Shown in pieces: positions 52,944 through 60,626 of a stretch of DNA of 60,626 nt (positions within the stretch are counted from its first letter, which is position 1; each line of letters starts with the position of its first letter). The notes below the pieces were generated by a model. It was given only the letters and a program-made list of their open reading frames with translations, was not told the origin of the DNA and made no database searches. This DNA is from an uncultured delta proteobacterium. Lineage in GTDB: Bacteria > Desulfobacterota > Syntrophobacteria > Syntrophobacterales > Syntrophobacteraceae. The stretch covers positions 1-60,626 of the forward strand of contig CAWEHK010000053.1 of the NCBI GenBank assembly GCA_963808625.1, given 5' to 3'. Made by a program: the position numbers and the translations under genes.

Positions 52944-53328
52944 GCCTCACACCTCATGTCATATCCCCAGGCAACCGTATCCCGCTCGAAAAACAACATC
53001 CCGCCTTCGATATGCGTCGGCGGGATATTACCCCAGCAGCAGGGATGAATACATATCTTTATCAGGCACTTATTCTTACCATACTTTGTATTGTAGAAAA
53101 AGACCCACGGCATGCCTATTCGCGGCGCGCCTCTTTGTGCCACTGGTTTTGTACTCCTTGAGGATGAGCAATTTCGTTCCTGAGCGGCTGCATTTTGGGA
53201 GCGCGGGCATTCCTGCCCGCGTTTGAGAGTGCAGGATCGCATTCTGAATTGGTATATTGTCCACTTACCATTTGACCGTCGGAGACCTTGTCGGAGGCGT
53301 CGGGCGCCTCGACACGACCCAGATCGAA

Positions 53329-53610
53329 TTAGCGGGAGATCTGCCGTTCCACACTGATAACCCTCCCCTCGCGAAGAGTAATCGTCGTCAGCGTCTGCGA
53401 GTCGCCAGGTGCGGGCAGATAGATCCACCGCTTCACCGTGACCCATGCGCCGCCGCTGTCGATGCTTTCGCTGTCCGGCTTTCCGATTTTAACCAGAACT
53501 TCCGCCTCCGACATGCCTTCCTGCACGAACTTTCTCTCAGCTGCATCCGCGGCGAATACCGGAGAAGCGGTCAGCATCAATGAAAGAACCACCAGCAAGA
53601 GTCGTTTCAC
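53329..53610 (-). CDS. Small secreted protein (DUF2845/SmpA-like)
   Basis: GGAGGA RBS + GTG; signal peptide; GMSEAEVLVKIGKPD..WIY..ITLREGRV. Confidence 0.7.
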   Translation of the reverse strand: MKRLLLVVLSLMLTASPVFAADAAERKFVQEGMSEAEVLVKIGKPDSESIDSGGAWVTVKRWIYLPAPGDSQTLTTITLREGRVISVERQISR

Positions 53611-53659
53611 GGCAGATCCTCCTTCTTCTCGAAAGATACAGTGCAAGGCGCCAGCAGTT

Positions 53660-53817
53660 TTCGACAAGGTCACCGACCTCATTTTGCTCTTTTCATGAGC
53701 ATCAATTCGACTCTCAGCCGCTCTTGCCCACAATTCGTCGATGTCCTTGTCCGGCTTATCCAAGCCAGATAGCTAATTCAACGTCATCTTTTGACTGATC
53801 AGATAGCGAAGCTTCAT
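53660..53817 (-). pseudogene. Fused relics: first codons of a RelE/ParE toxin joined to the C-terminal half of a second addiction-module antitoxin
   Basis: ATGA overlap with the antitoxin stop gives MKLRY-DQSKDDVELAI-W, followed by LDKPDKDIDELWARAAESRIDAHE. Confidence 0.55.
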
Positions 53818-54032
53818 TTGTATTTATTCCTTATTTCTTCGTGAACTGACTGCCAATCATGAAGCTTTTGCTCTCCAGTTTTATATTCCTTATACCTCCT
53901 ATCAAGCTCTCGTTTTTGCCATTCAGGCATCGGAAGCTCTGAATTACTTTGAGCGATAGAATCCCATACGTCTTCTATCAATGGTAAATTTTCGGCAAGA
54001 TTTAATTTGTTTATATGCTTGTCGAATCTCAT
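53814..54032 (-). CDS. Putative addiction module antitoxin (TIGR02574-like)
   Basis: LIEDVWDSI..MPEWQKRELDRRY..WQSV motif. Confidence 0.85.
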   Translation of the reverse strand: MRFDKHINKLNLAENLPLIEDVWDSIAQSNSELPMPEWQKRELDRRYKEYKTGEQKLHDWQSVHEEIRNKYK

Positions 54033-54090
54033 GGGACCTCATTTAATTTCCCCCTGTGTTTCAGGTCTTATACCGATATCAACCTTTGAA

Positions 54091-54195
54091 TGTTAACGTG
54101 CCGATAACCCGCGAGCAACCAAAACCAGAGCATTTGTGAATGATACCGATGGACTTGCCCCGTGGCTGCTCGCCGGGTTCATTGGCTGCTTGGGC
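54091..54195 (-). other. attC site (R'' degenerate)
   Basis: Minus strand GCCCAA(G)C-AGCCA-ATGAACCC ... GGGTTAT-CGGCAC-GTTAACA with a complementary GCGAGCA stem. Confidence 0.7.
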
Positions 54196-54201
54196 AGTGT
54201 T

Positions 54202-54504
54202 CTACGGACTTTTCTTCTGCTTGAGAGTTGACCGGCTGTGCCCACTGGCTACACTTCTCATGAGCGGGGTTTTCGTGCCGAGAAGGACCTTTTTGACCGG
54301 TTGTGGAAAGTTAACGAGCACAAAATACTTGGCCGGATACAAGTAGTCTTCGCCCTCGTTATCGATGACCCGCAGATAATGCGATTCCGCTGCGCTCTCG
54401 TCGGGCAGAACTTGATACACCATGCGCGGAGTAAGCAAGTCCGGGTCATCGGTGTCGACACAGACGGCGAAGCGTGACGCTGGCTTTGGATGCTTATTTG
54501 CCAT
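54202..54504 (-). CDS. Putative antitoxin/immunity protein of a TA-like cassette pair
   Basis: LRVIDNEGEDYLYP motif; 10 bp downstream of its partner gene. Confidence 0.7.
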   Translation of the reverse strand: MANKHPKPASRFAVCVDTDDPDLLTPRMVYQVLPDESAAESHYLRVIDNEGEDYLYPAKYFVLVNFPQPVKKVLLGTKTPLMRSVASGHSRSTLKQKKSP

Positions 54505-54514
54505 ATTTCAGTCC

Positions 54515-54751
54515 TTAGTCCAAGAAACTCTTGATTCTCATCTTTCTTCTTCCGATACCGTGGGCTTCAAACCAATGTACTTCCGCCGAGCGAACCGTTC
54601 CATCTTCCAAGCGGACCTTGGCACTACCTTTTAGCTTTCTCCAGTGCCCAGCACCATATTGCCTTCGCAAGAGAGGCAAGATACGAATGCCACTTCCCAC
54701 ACAGATTGTTTCGATCTCGGTAATCTCGCCTACGATCTCAAAATGCATCAA
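54515..54751 (-). CDS. Putative toxin of a TA-like cassette pair
   Basis: YGAGHWRKLKG..AEVHWFEAHGIG motif. Confidence 0.7.
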   Translation of the reverse strand: MMHFEIVGEITEIETICVGSGIRILPLLRRQYGAGHWRKLKGSAKVRLEDGTVRSAEVHWFEAHGIGRRKMRIKSFLD

Positions 54752-54794
54752 TTCTAATTATCCCATCGATTGCCATACTCGGCAACTCGCCAGC

Positions 54795-55625
54795 CCGGGT
54801 AGGTCAGGGGCCTCTCGGCCCCTTTCCCCCCTAAGAACCGTGCGTGACAGTTTCCCGTCACACGGCTCAAGCATCTCAATGGTGAGCCCTTGTGGAGCCA
54901 CCCGCCGATGAGGAACTGCCCTCATCGACTTTGCGATACACTCCAACAGCCACAATGCCTTTCGGGGGAAGGTGCACACACTGGCCGAGGCCGTGTTCAT
55001 TTGCTTTCCTTCCTTGATGTGGTTCTCTCAGCTTTCTCGCAACGAGACACCCGCCGGACGTCTGCTCCCTTTCGGGCCGGGCAAATCTTGAACCCGTATC
55101 CACCCCATTACAGGATGGCATTCGCTTCTTCCAGCATCTCCATCCCGCACCCCCAACAGTGTGCCTTGCGGTTCACCTGCCTGGAAGACCAGGCAGAGGT
55201 ACGAGGTTTCCACGTTCCTCACAGTTGATCCAATGGATGACTTAGGTGCGCCCTCTACGCCGGAGGTGCTACGGTTCCGTGCAGGCAGTTAGGAGACCTG
55301 CAACCTGACCTCTTGCCGCAAACACTGGGAAGCGGCCTTCGACCTGTAAAACTTGGGTTAATCCTCGTAGGTCGGACGCTCGTTGACGACGCTTGCAGGC
55401 ATTCAAATGTTTTCACCATATCATCCTTCTCTAGCCCTTAACGGGGGAGGATTCCCCGAGGGGTTCGCCTGTCACCAGTTGAACCCGATTCGGTACATTG
55501 TCCGCAGGGCTCCGCACCCCATCATCAGCGCAACGGTAGCACGCCTGCGTAGAGACCGGCAGGAACATGCCGGGTACTCCAGGTAAGTACCTGAGTACAC
55601 TCAACTATGCGACATCGTGTCGCAA
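54795..55625 (-). mobile_element. Group II intron lacking its RT ORF (about 831 nt), inserted in an attC
   Basis: 5' end TTGCGACACG; domain V GAGCCGTGTGACGGGAAACTGTCACGCACGGTTC (54835-54868); domain VI ending CCTACCCGG; only an RBS plus a short ORF stub (MNTASASVC..) remains in domain IV. Confidence 0.88.
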
Positions 55626-55690
55626 CATAATAAAGAGTTCACCCGGAGTGGCCCGACAGGGCCAGGATCGGGTGCAACGCCGGGTTAGCT
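55626..55690 (-). other. attC site interrupted at R' by the intron
   Basis: Minus strand AGCTAAC-CCGGC-GTTGCACC ... GGTGAAC-TCTTT-ATTATG | intron. Confidence 0.8.
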
Positions 55691-56179
55691 GATGCCTCCC
55701 GAGGACCGTACTTGCACCTGTTGATATAACCATCCAAAGTCATCCCAATAAGTTGGTCCTGAGTTTTCAGGCTTCTGCAACTCAACAATGAGAGGCTTCG
55801 TTATCTCATAGCAGTGTCGGATGCTGGATCCCCAGTTGTCCACAAAAGGCTCCTGGGGGACCAATCCCATCCTGATAATGATGGCCGCCACGTCATATGT
55901 GGAACATACCCTCGAAGCGTCTCTGCGCTCGTCATTGCTCCAAGCCCTAAACTCTTTATTGGGGAGTTTGACCCTGACGGTTTCTCGGGCTTCACGAACC
56001 TCTGGTGCCTGAAGGAAATTAGTCAACGAGAGGATATTTTGAGCAGATGACGCCTCTCGCGCTGCTTGAAGCTGTGCTCCCATTGTCCGCATTTGCCTGT
56101 AATAGACATAAAGAGTGACGAGCAGCGCCACGACCCCGACTACTTGAATGGCAAGCTGTGACTTCTCAAAACATGTCAT
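55685..56179 (-). CDS. DUF4760-like cassette protein (N-terminal TM)
   Basis: TM IQVVGVVALLVTLYVY and VCSTYDVAAIIIRMGLV..W motif; stop codon lies inside R''. Confidence 0.75.
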   Translation of the reverse strand: MTCFEKSQLAIQVVGVVALLVTLYVYYRQMRTMGAQLQAAREASSAQNILSLTNFLQAPEVREARETVRVKLPNKEFRAWSNDERRDASRVCSTYDVAAIIIRMGLVPQEPFVDNWGSSIRHCYEITKPLIVELQKPENSGPTYWDDFGWLYQQVQVRSSGGIS

Positions 56180-56204
56180 AGTGTATGTCTCCTTCAGCTA
56201 CGAG

Positions 56205-56717
56205 TTAGCTGCCCTCCTTATCCTTCTTGAGCAACAAAGACAACGACTCATTTAAACGCTCCTCGATCATGCCTGCTTTGACGTTATCATGATGTCCGAT
56301 ACGGAGAACTATTTCCTCTTCAAGCTGTCCGTCCTTCTGAGTACGACGTACGATAAGCTCCAGTGGCGATTGTGGGTGGTCGCCTTTCTTAATACCTTCC
56401 GAACGGGCCTTTATGATAGCAACGATCAGGTCTATAATGCTTTTTGCCAAGGAAATACCGGCAGTCGCAGCAGCCACAAAGACTAAGAGTTCCGGCCCGC
56501 TTTCATGTTCTTCGAAGGCGAATTCTTCGCGGCCCTCGATCTTCGCAAGATATCGGTCAATTAATTCGTAAGCGCGGGGTGAGTGCTCTCGATGATAACA
56601 TCCGCCGGTTACTCGAAGTTTTATCGATACCGATAAGGCTCCTTGCGGAAATCGCTTTCGGTCTTCAAAATCACGCATCCGATGATGAAACGTCCGATGC
56701 CAGTCATCCATGGTCAT
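56205..56717 (-). CDS. Hypothetical cassette protein
   Basis: GGAGG RBS just after attC R'; 170 aa ORF whose stop lies in AGCTAAC. Confidence 0.8.
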   Translation of the reverse strand: MTMDDWHRTFHHRMRDFEDRKRFPQGALSVSIKLRVTGGCYHREHSPRAYELIDRYLAKIEGREEFAFEEHESGPELLVFVAAATAGISLAKSIIDLIVAIIKARSEGIKKGDHPQSPLELIVRRTQKDGQLEEEIVLRIGHHDNVKAGMIEERLNESLSLLLKKDKEGS

Positions 56718-56730
56718 GCCTCCTTCCTAC

Positions 56731-56841
56731 AGCTAACAACAAGCATAACCGGCGGCGCCGAAGCGGCACGGACTGGCTGTTTCGGCACTGCATATGATGG
56801 AACCACGTGGCTGCGCCTTCCGGTTGGTGCTTTCGTTATGC
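56731..56841 (-). other. attC site
   Basis: Minus strand GCATAAC-GAAAG-CACCAACC ... GGTTATG-CTTGTT-GTTAGCT. Confidence 0.88.
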
Positions 56842-56863
56842 AATAACACCCTTTTATCACAGC

Positions 56864-58213
56864 CTAAGGTTCGAAACTTGCTGGTATTGTAAACTCCTTA
56901 TCAGGCCAGCCATCCAATGAAGAATCTCTAAAAACTCCTTCATAATGCGTAATGATAAAGATGAGTTTGTAGAACAACGAAAGGCAACAGTATATTTGGT
57001 CTAGGAGTTGCTGAAATCCTGATCTATCCAATTCCGGGTAATCGGGGTGGGCTGATTTATTTCTTAGGCTTACCCACGTATCTATCTGACTCTTATCGAA
57101 CAAACCATGCTTGGCAATTGTAAATAGAGCAGTTTTGGTATTGGGCCGCTTGACCTCTCCTATATTGCTCAGTAGCCGATTCTTTATTCTTTCTCCAATA
57201 TCCAGGGATTCTATTACATCTTTAGCTTCCTTGGCTTGTTCGAGCATCTCATTGTCGGACACGCCGTATTTCTCAAAATAGCTACTAATCAGACCCTCAA
57301 TGGACACGGACAAAGCCAAAGCCTGTATTTCTACGCTTCCCTGCCAACCTTGTAAGACCTTATGCCAGAAGCCGAATAGTGCTGAATATGGTTTCTGAAT
57401 CCTAGTCATGTATCTCAAGATAAAGTTAGTGAATGGTTTGAGATCTCTTGGATCTGATTCTTTGATAGGCGCAGCTAAGCGACTGCGGTTTGTGATAGCG
57501 TTCATTGAATTTATCTGTATAAATTGTGTGCTGTCACAAGCTACTGAAAAAAGAAAGGGATGGATATGTTCGCCCAATAGAATAGATAATGCTTCGAGAA
57601 AGCGTTCTTTGTATGACTCATCAATGGATGTATTTTCTGAAGAAATCTCAGCTTTCAGAAGGCCGTCATCCTCAGTGATCCGAAATGACACCCCACCAAT
57701 TTCGAACTCCGACTTATTGTATTTCCAGCCCCCATTGGGCATTTCCTGCCTTTGATTGAATGGGATTGGGCTTTCAGATTGAGCAATAACCAAAATTCTG
57801 TTCTTCGTTGGCTTTTTCTTTTGACTGTCTTCGACATTCGTAATTGCCTTTAATTGCGCCTTTATAACGTGGGCAGACGCTATAAATGAAACGTTGTTTG
57901 AAGTAGAAATGTTATCTGAAACCCATCTCAAACCTCCCATGTCTATTGCTTTCAAAGCGAAGTAATTCTCATCGCCCAGAATCTTCCCAGGCTTGTGGTA
58001 TTTAAACATTGATGAGATTTCTTTTTCTATGTTTTGAAGAGCGTGGTACATCTTAAGGTTCAAGATGCCCATTTCATTCTGAGAAATAGTTCCAGGTCCA
58101 GAATATATGATCGGATCATCGTCTCTTTGTTGGGTCAGCTCAATTGTAGGGCAATCTATCTCGAACGTATTTGATCGCAGTGAATCTATAAGGTCATCGT
58201 TAATTGCCAGCAT
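56864..58213 (-). CDS. ApeA-like HEPN-domain protein (putative anti-phage RNase cassette)
   Basis: Intact 449 aa AT-rich ORF; beta-rich N-terminus; LSVSIEGL helix and HEPN Rx4H motif LRNKSAH near the C-terminus. Confidence 0.7.
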   Translation of the reverse strand: MLAINDDLIDSLRSNTFEIDCPTIELTQQRDDDPIIYSGPGTISQNEMGILNLKMYHALQNIEKEISSMFKYHKPGKILGDENYFALKAIDMGGLRWVSDNISTSNNVSFIASAHVIKAQLKAITNVEDSQKKKPTKNRILVIAQSESPIPFNQRQEMPNGGWKYNKSEFEIGGVSFRITEDDGLLKAEISSENTSIDESYKERFLEALSILLGEHIHPFLFSVACDSTQFIQINSMNAITNRSRLAAPIKESDPRDLKPFTNFILRYMTRIQKPYSALFGFWHKVLQGWQGSVEIQALALSVSIEGLISSYFEKYGVSDNEMLEQAKEAKDVIESLDIGERIKNRLLSNIGEVKRPNTKTALFTIAKHGLFDKSQIDTWVSLRNKSAHPDYPELDRSGFQQLLDQIYCCLSLFYKLIFIITHYEGVFRDSSLDGWPDKEFTIPASFEP

Positions 58214-58305
58214 ACCTTTTCCTCATTGTTGAGACGTCTCAAAACGCTCGTCTGACTGATTGACACAGTCCATCGACTTCTGGTGCCACACCCTTCTCTG
58301 GCATG

Positions 58306-58397
58306 GCTGAACAACAGCGTAACCGGCGCGCGGCCAAGGGATTTCGGAAAAAGGGCACCACGTGTCCCCGCGCGTCCGGTTGACGCATTCGTTAGCG
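58306..58397 (-). other. attC site
   Basis: Minus strand CGCTAAC-GAATG-CGTCAACC-GGACGCGCGG ... CCGCGCG-CCGGTTACG-CTGTT-GTTCAGC. Confidence 0.9.
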
Positions 58398-58408
58398 GAC
58401 AAGAAAGC

Positions 58409-60529
58409 CTACCACGGCTCCCAATCTGGTGGGTATACATCTCTGCTCTCCTGATTAACAGTCTTGCTTGACTTCAGCACTCCGTTATAGCGAACAGAGT
58501 CCTGGGAATTCTCCAACGCGAGGCTGTACTCGTACTGCGGGACGATGCAATCCATAAAGCCGTACTCGGTTACCGAGAATGCGTCCTTACAATAGGCCCT
58601 CGGAACATAGAAGTAGCGATTCATTCGACGCCCCGACAATTCCATGACGTTCTGGCGAAAGATCGGAGGTTCCCAGTCCATCACATCAGGGAGATGCGCC
58701 TCGGGCGTATCTCCTCGTAACATCAGCGCCCGCCAAGCGGCTGGGAGGCGCTCGGGGACTTGGGGCGGCAGTCCTCGATGCAGAAACCAGCACTGCGCAA
58801 GTTCAACGTGGATTAGGTAGTTGGCGAGTCGCAGAAATTTTGTAAGGATGTCCTCCTTCCATGGGGCCAGTACTTCGGACCTGTTTAGCGTCTCCAGTAG
58901 ATAGGCCATGCGCAACTCCACTTGCTGGCGATGAACCGGAACGCTCTTGTATCGTTCGCTCCAATCCATAAAGTTGCGCACGGAACCGGACGCAACACCA
59001 TAGAATAGCGATGTGCTCTCAGTGTAACGTTCGGCATCAGCATATAGAGAGCGGATGCTAGCAAGAAGGGTATCACTTTCGCGAGGCCATTCAATATCAA
59101 AGTAATCCGCGTGGGCTGGGGACGCCGTGAGAACTCGCTTTACGCTCACTGGGTCCACTAGCAGCGCAGTTTCGAACCGTATTGTTGCTCGTGCACCACC
59201 GATATTTGTGTCGGGTGCATTCGCAGAAATCGCACCAGGTCGAACGGGAGGTACTGGCGAGTCCGAGGGCGCAATTTTGGGGTCGCTCTTGATGATAGAT
59301 GCAATTTCATTCGCTACATTTACGAGAACCTGCTGTCTTGCTGCGCCCTTAAATGCAGAGAGGGGTTTGGTTCTGCGCTTGGAATCCTTCGGACCGGTTT
59401 GCAGGCTCTTCCACTCATCTAATAGTTTAATTAGGCCCGAAATGACCCGTGGAGCCTCTCTCGCTACGACCTGAAACTTCGACTTGTCAATTCCGGGCAA
59501 GAACTCAGGTTTCCAGTTGCGCTGCATTTGCATGTAGAACTTGGCAGCATCGCCCCCCGTATCGGCAAGCGGAAAGACAGCACGACCAAACTTCAGGCCG
59601 TACTCTCCGGTGGTCAATGTACCCCCGATCCCGCCGATCAAGACCACAGCCTCCGCCCTCTTGACTGATTCAGTCCATTCTTCCTCGCCGTGGTGCACGA
59701 GCACAAGATTGCCCGCGGGAAAGGCGGGAAGTTTGTCCTCCACAACAACTTGAATCAGACGGTCCTCTAATGGGATACCGTTTAGCTCCAACTCCCGTGC
59801 GAAACTCCGGGACGTTAACTCATCAACGCCGGGCCAACCACCCGTGACGAGGCCGTAGCCAAAACGGGCGAGCGAGAGACCGAGAGTGCTGGAGGTTTGT
59901 TCAACTTTCTCGCCAAGCTTCCTCATCGGAGAAGCCCCAGTACCTGCAACAAGTACCCACCCCTTAGGGGTATCGGCGACTACCGTTCGTGGTGTACTGC
60001 TTTCTGGCCGGGCTTCGGCGTGGCCACCATCGATCACAAACTTAGGCGTTTCTCCCAACTGCGGCGGCGTAAAGGCCGGGGCTCCAAAAATGCGCCGCAA
60101 CAACTGATCTAGAGCTTGCTCATAGGTGCTGTCATCCCGACAATCGACAAAAAGACGACTGCTCATGTAAAGCGGAAGAGCTTTGGATGGGTCTCCAGAC
60201 CGGAGAATAGGAAGGAACCGCGAGCCCAACTCTCGGCTCATAAGCAACTCGCCAACTAACATCGCCTGTTCATAGCCGACGCCACCTTTGCGGTCATTCG
60301 CCTTCTGGGCGAAGGCCTCCGTGCACACTAGGACGATATATGTTGCGTTCTTCACAGCTTGTTCCATGAATGCACCGATATCGTCGCCCACTTGAAGGTG
60401 CCACTGATCAAGAGTCGTTTTGACACCATTCTTCGTAAGATCTTCGGCCAAACCACGCACCCAATGCTTGTGGGCATCACTTTCGTGCGAGTAACTCAAG
60501 AACACACGAGGTAAGTCAGGTTTCGTCAT
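58409..60529 (-). CDS. TIR/SEFIR + SLOG + unknown C-terminal domain protein (cassette)
   Basis: RVFLSYSHES..WVRGLAEDL..LDQW..GGVGYE (TIR/SEFIR); WVLVAGTG..LVTGGWPGVD..VVLIGGIGGT..FPLADTGGDA (SLOG). Likely start at MTKPD. Confidence 0.85.
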   Translation of the reverse strand: MTKPDLPRVFLSYSHESDAHKHWVRGLAEDLTKNGVKTTLDQWHLQVGDDIGAFMEQAVKNATYIVLVCTEAFAQKANDRKGGVGYEQAMLVGELLMSRELGSRFLPILRSGDPSKALPLYMSSRLFVDCRDDSTYEQALDQLLRRIFGAPAFTPPQLGETPKFVIDGGHAEARPESSTPRTVVADTPKGWVLVAGTGASPMRKLGEKVEQTSSTLGLSLARFGYGLVTGGWPGVDELTSRSFARELELNGIPLEDRLIQVVVEDKLPAFPAGNLVLVHHGEEEWTESVKRAEAVVLIGGIGGTLTTGEYGLKFGRAVFPLADTGGDAAKFYMQMQRNWKPEFLPGIDKSKFQVVAREAPRVISGLIKLLDEWKSLQTGPKDSKRRTKPLSAFKGAARQQVLVNVANEIASIIKSDPKIAPSDSPVPPVRPGAISANAPDTNIGGARATIRFETALLVDPVSVKRVLTASPAHADYFDIEWPRESDTLLASIRSLYADAERYTESTSLFYGVASGSVRNFMDWSERYKSVPVHRQQVELRMAYLLETLNRSEVLAPWKEDILTKFLRLANYLIHVELAQCWFLHRGLPPQVPERLPAAWRALMLRGDTPEAHLPDVMDWEPPIFRQNVMELSGRRMNRYFYVPRAYCKDAFSVTEYGFMDCIVPQYEYSLALENSQDSVRYNGVLKSSKTVNQESRDVYPPDWEPW

Positions 60530-60626
60530 CCCACGAGGCCTCCCACCGGAATGGTTCGTGAATTGGATAACCAGTGATTGTCTATATAGCAAGACCAACA
60601 ACTGAGCCAAGCAAGTATACATAACA

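Overview
This is a bacterial chromosome segment, probably Desulfobacterota/Syntrophobacterales-like (inferred from the porCDAB operon, an spd-type EF-G and the DUF39 + NIL-ferredoxin pair). Many genes, including housekeeping ones (recR, dnaX, fusA, PBP1A), carry single-base frameshifts that are most likely uncorrected sequencing indels, so I rebuilt genes across frames. (1) 1-7710: right end of a satellite-like element next to the 3' end of tRNA-Asn. It has a YfjI/DUF3987 gene, convergent iterons, small ORFs, an IS4 element that splits a Sel1-trypsin protease gene, and a TPR-retropepsin gene. (2) 7711-25514: core genes (por, recR-ybaB-dnaX, two tRNA-Ser, tadA, peptidoglycan enzymes, fusA, ABC ATPase, DUF47), ending in a truncated pit gene. 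(3) ~25515-40706: a co-oriented conflict/defence-like locus and the best candidate for a novel system. It encodes a signal-less clostripain, a TIR-NTPase relic, SIR2, an nSTAND1 NTPase-TM-pYEATS protein, a membrane protein with a TIR/NDT-like tail, a giant lipase-lipase-CHAT-TPR-TIR protein and a CARDB-2xDUF1566 protein. (4) 40798-52943: core metabolism (ferritin-like, FAD oxidoreductase, DUF39/NIL, cysK, USP, DinG/YoaA, PBP1A). (5) ~53300-60626: tail of an integron cassette array with attC sites. It carries TIR-SLOG and HEPN/ApeA-like cassettes, a collapsed attC, TA cassettes and an RT-less group II intron inserted in an attC. All domain calls come from motif recognition by eye; no searches were run.
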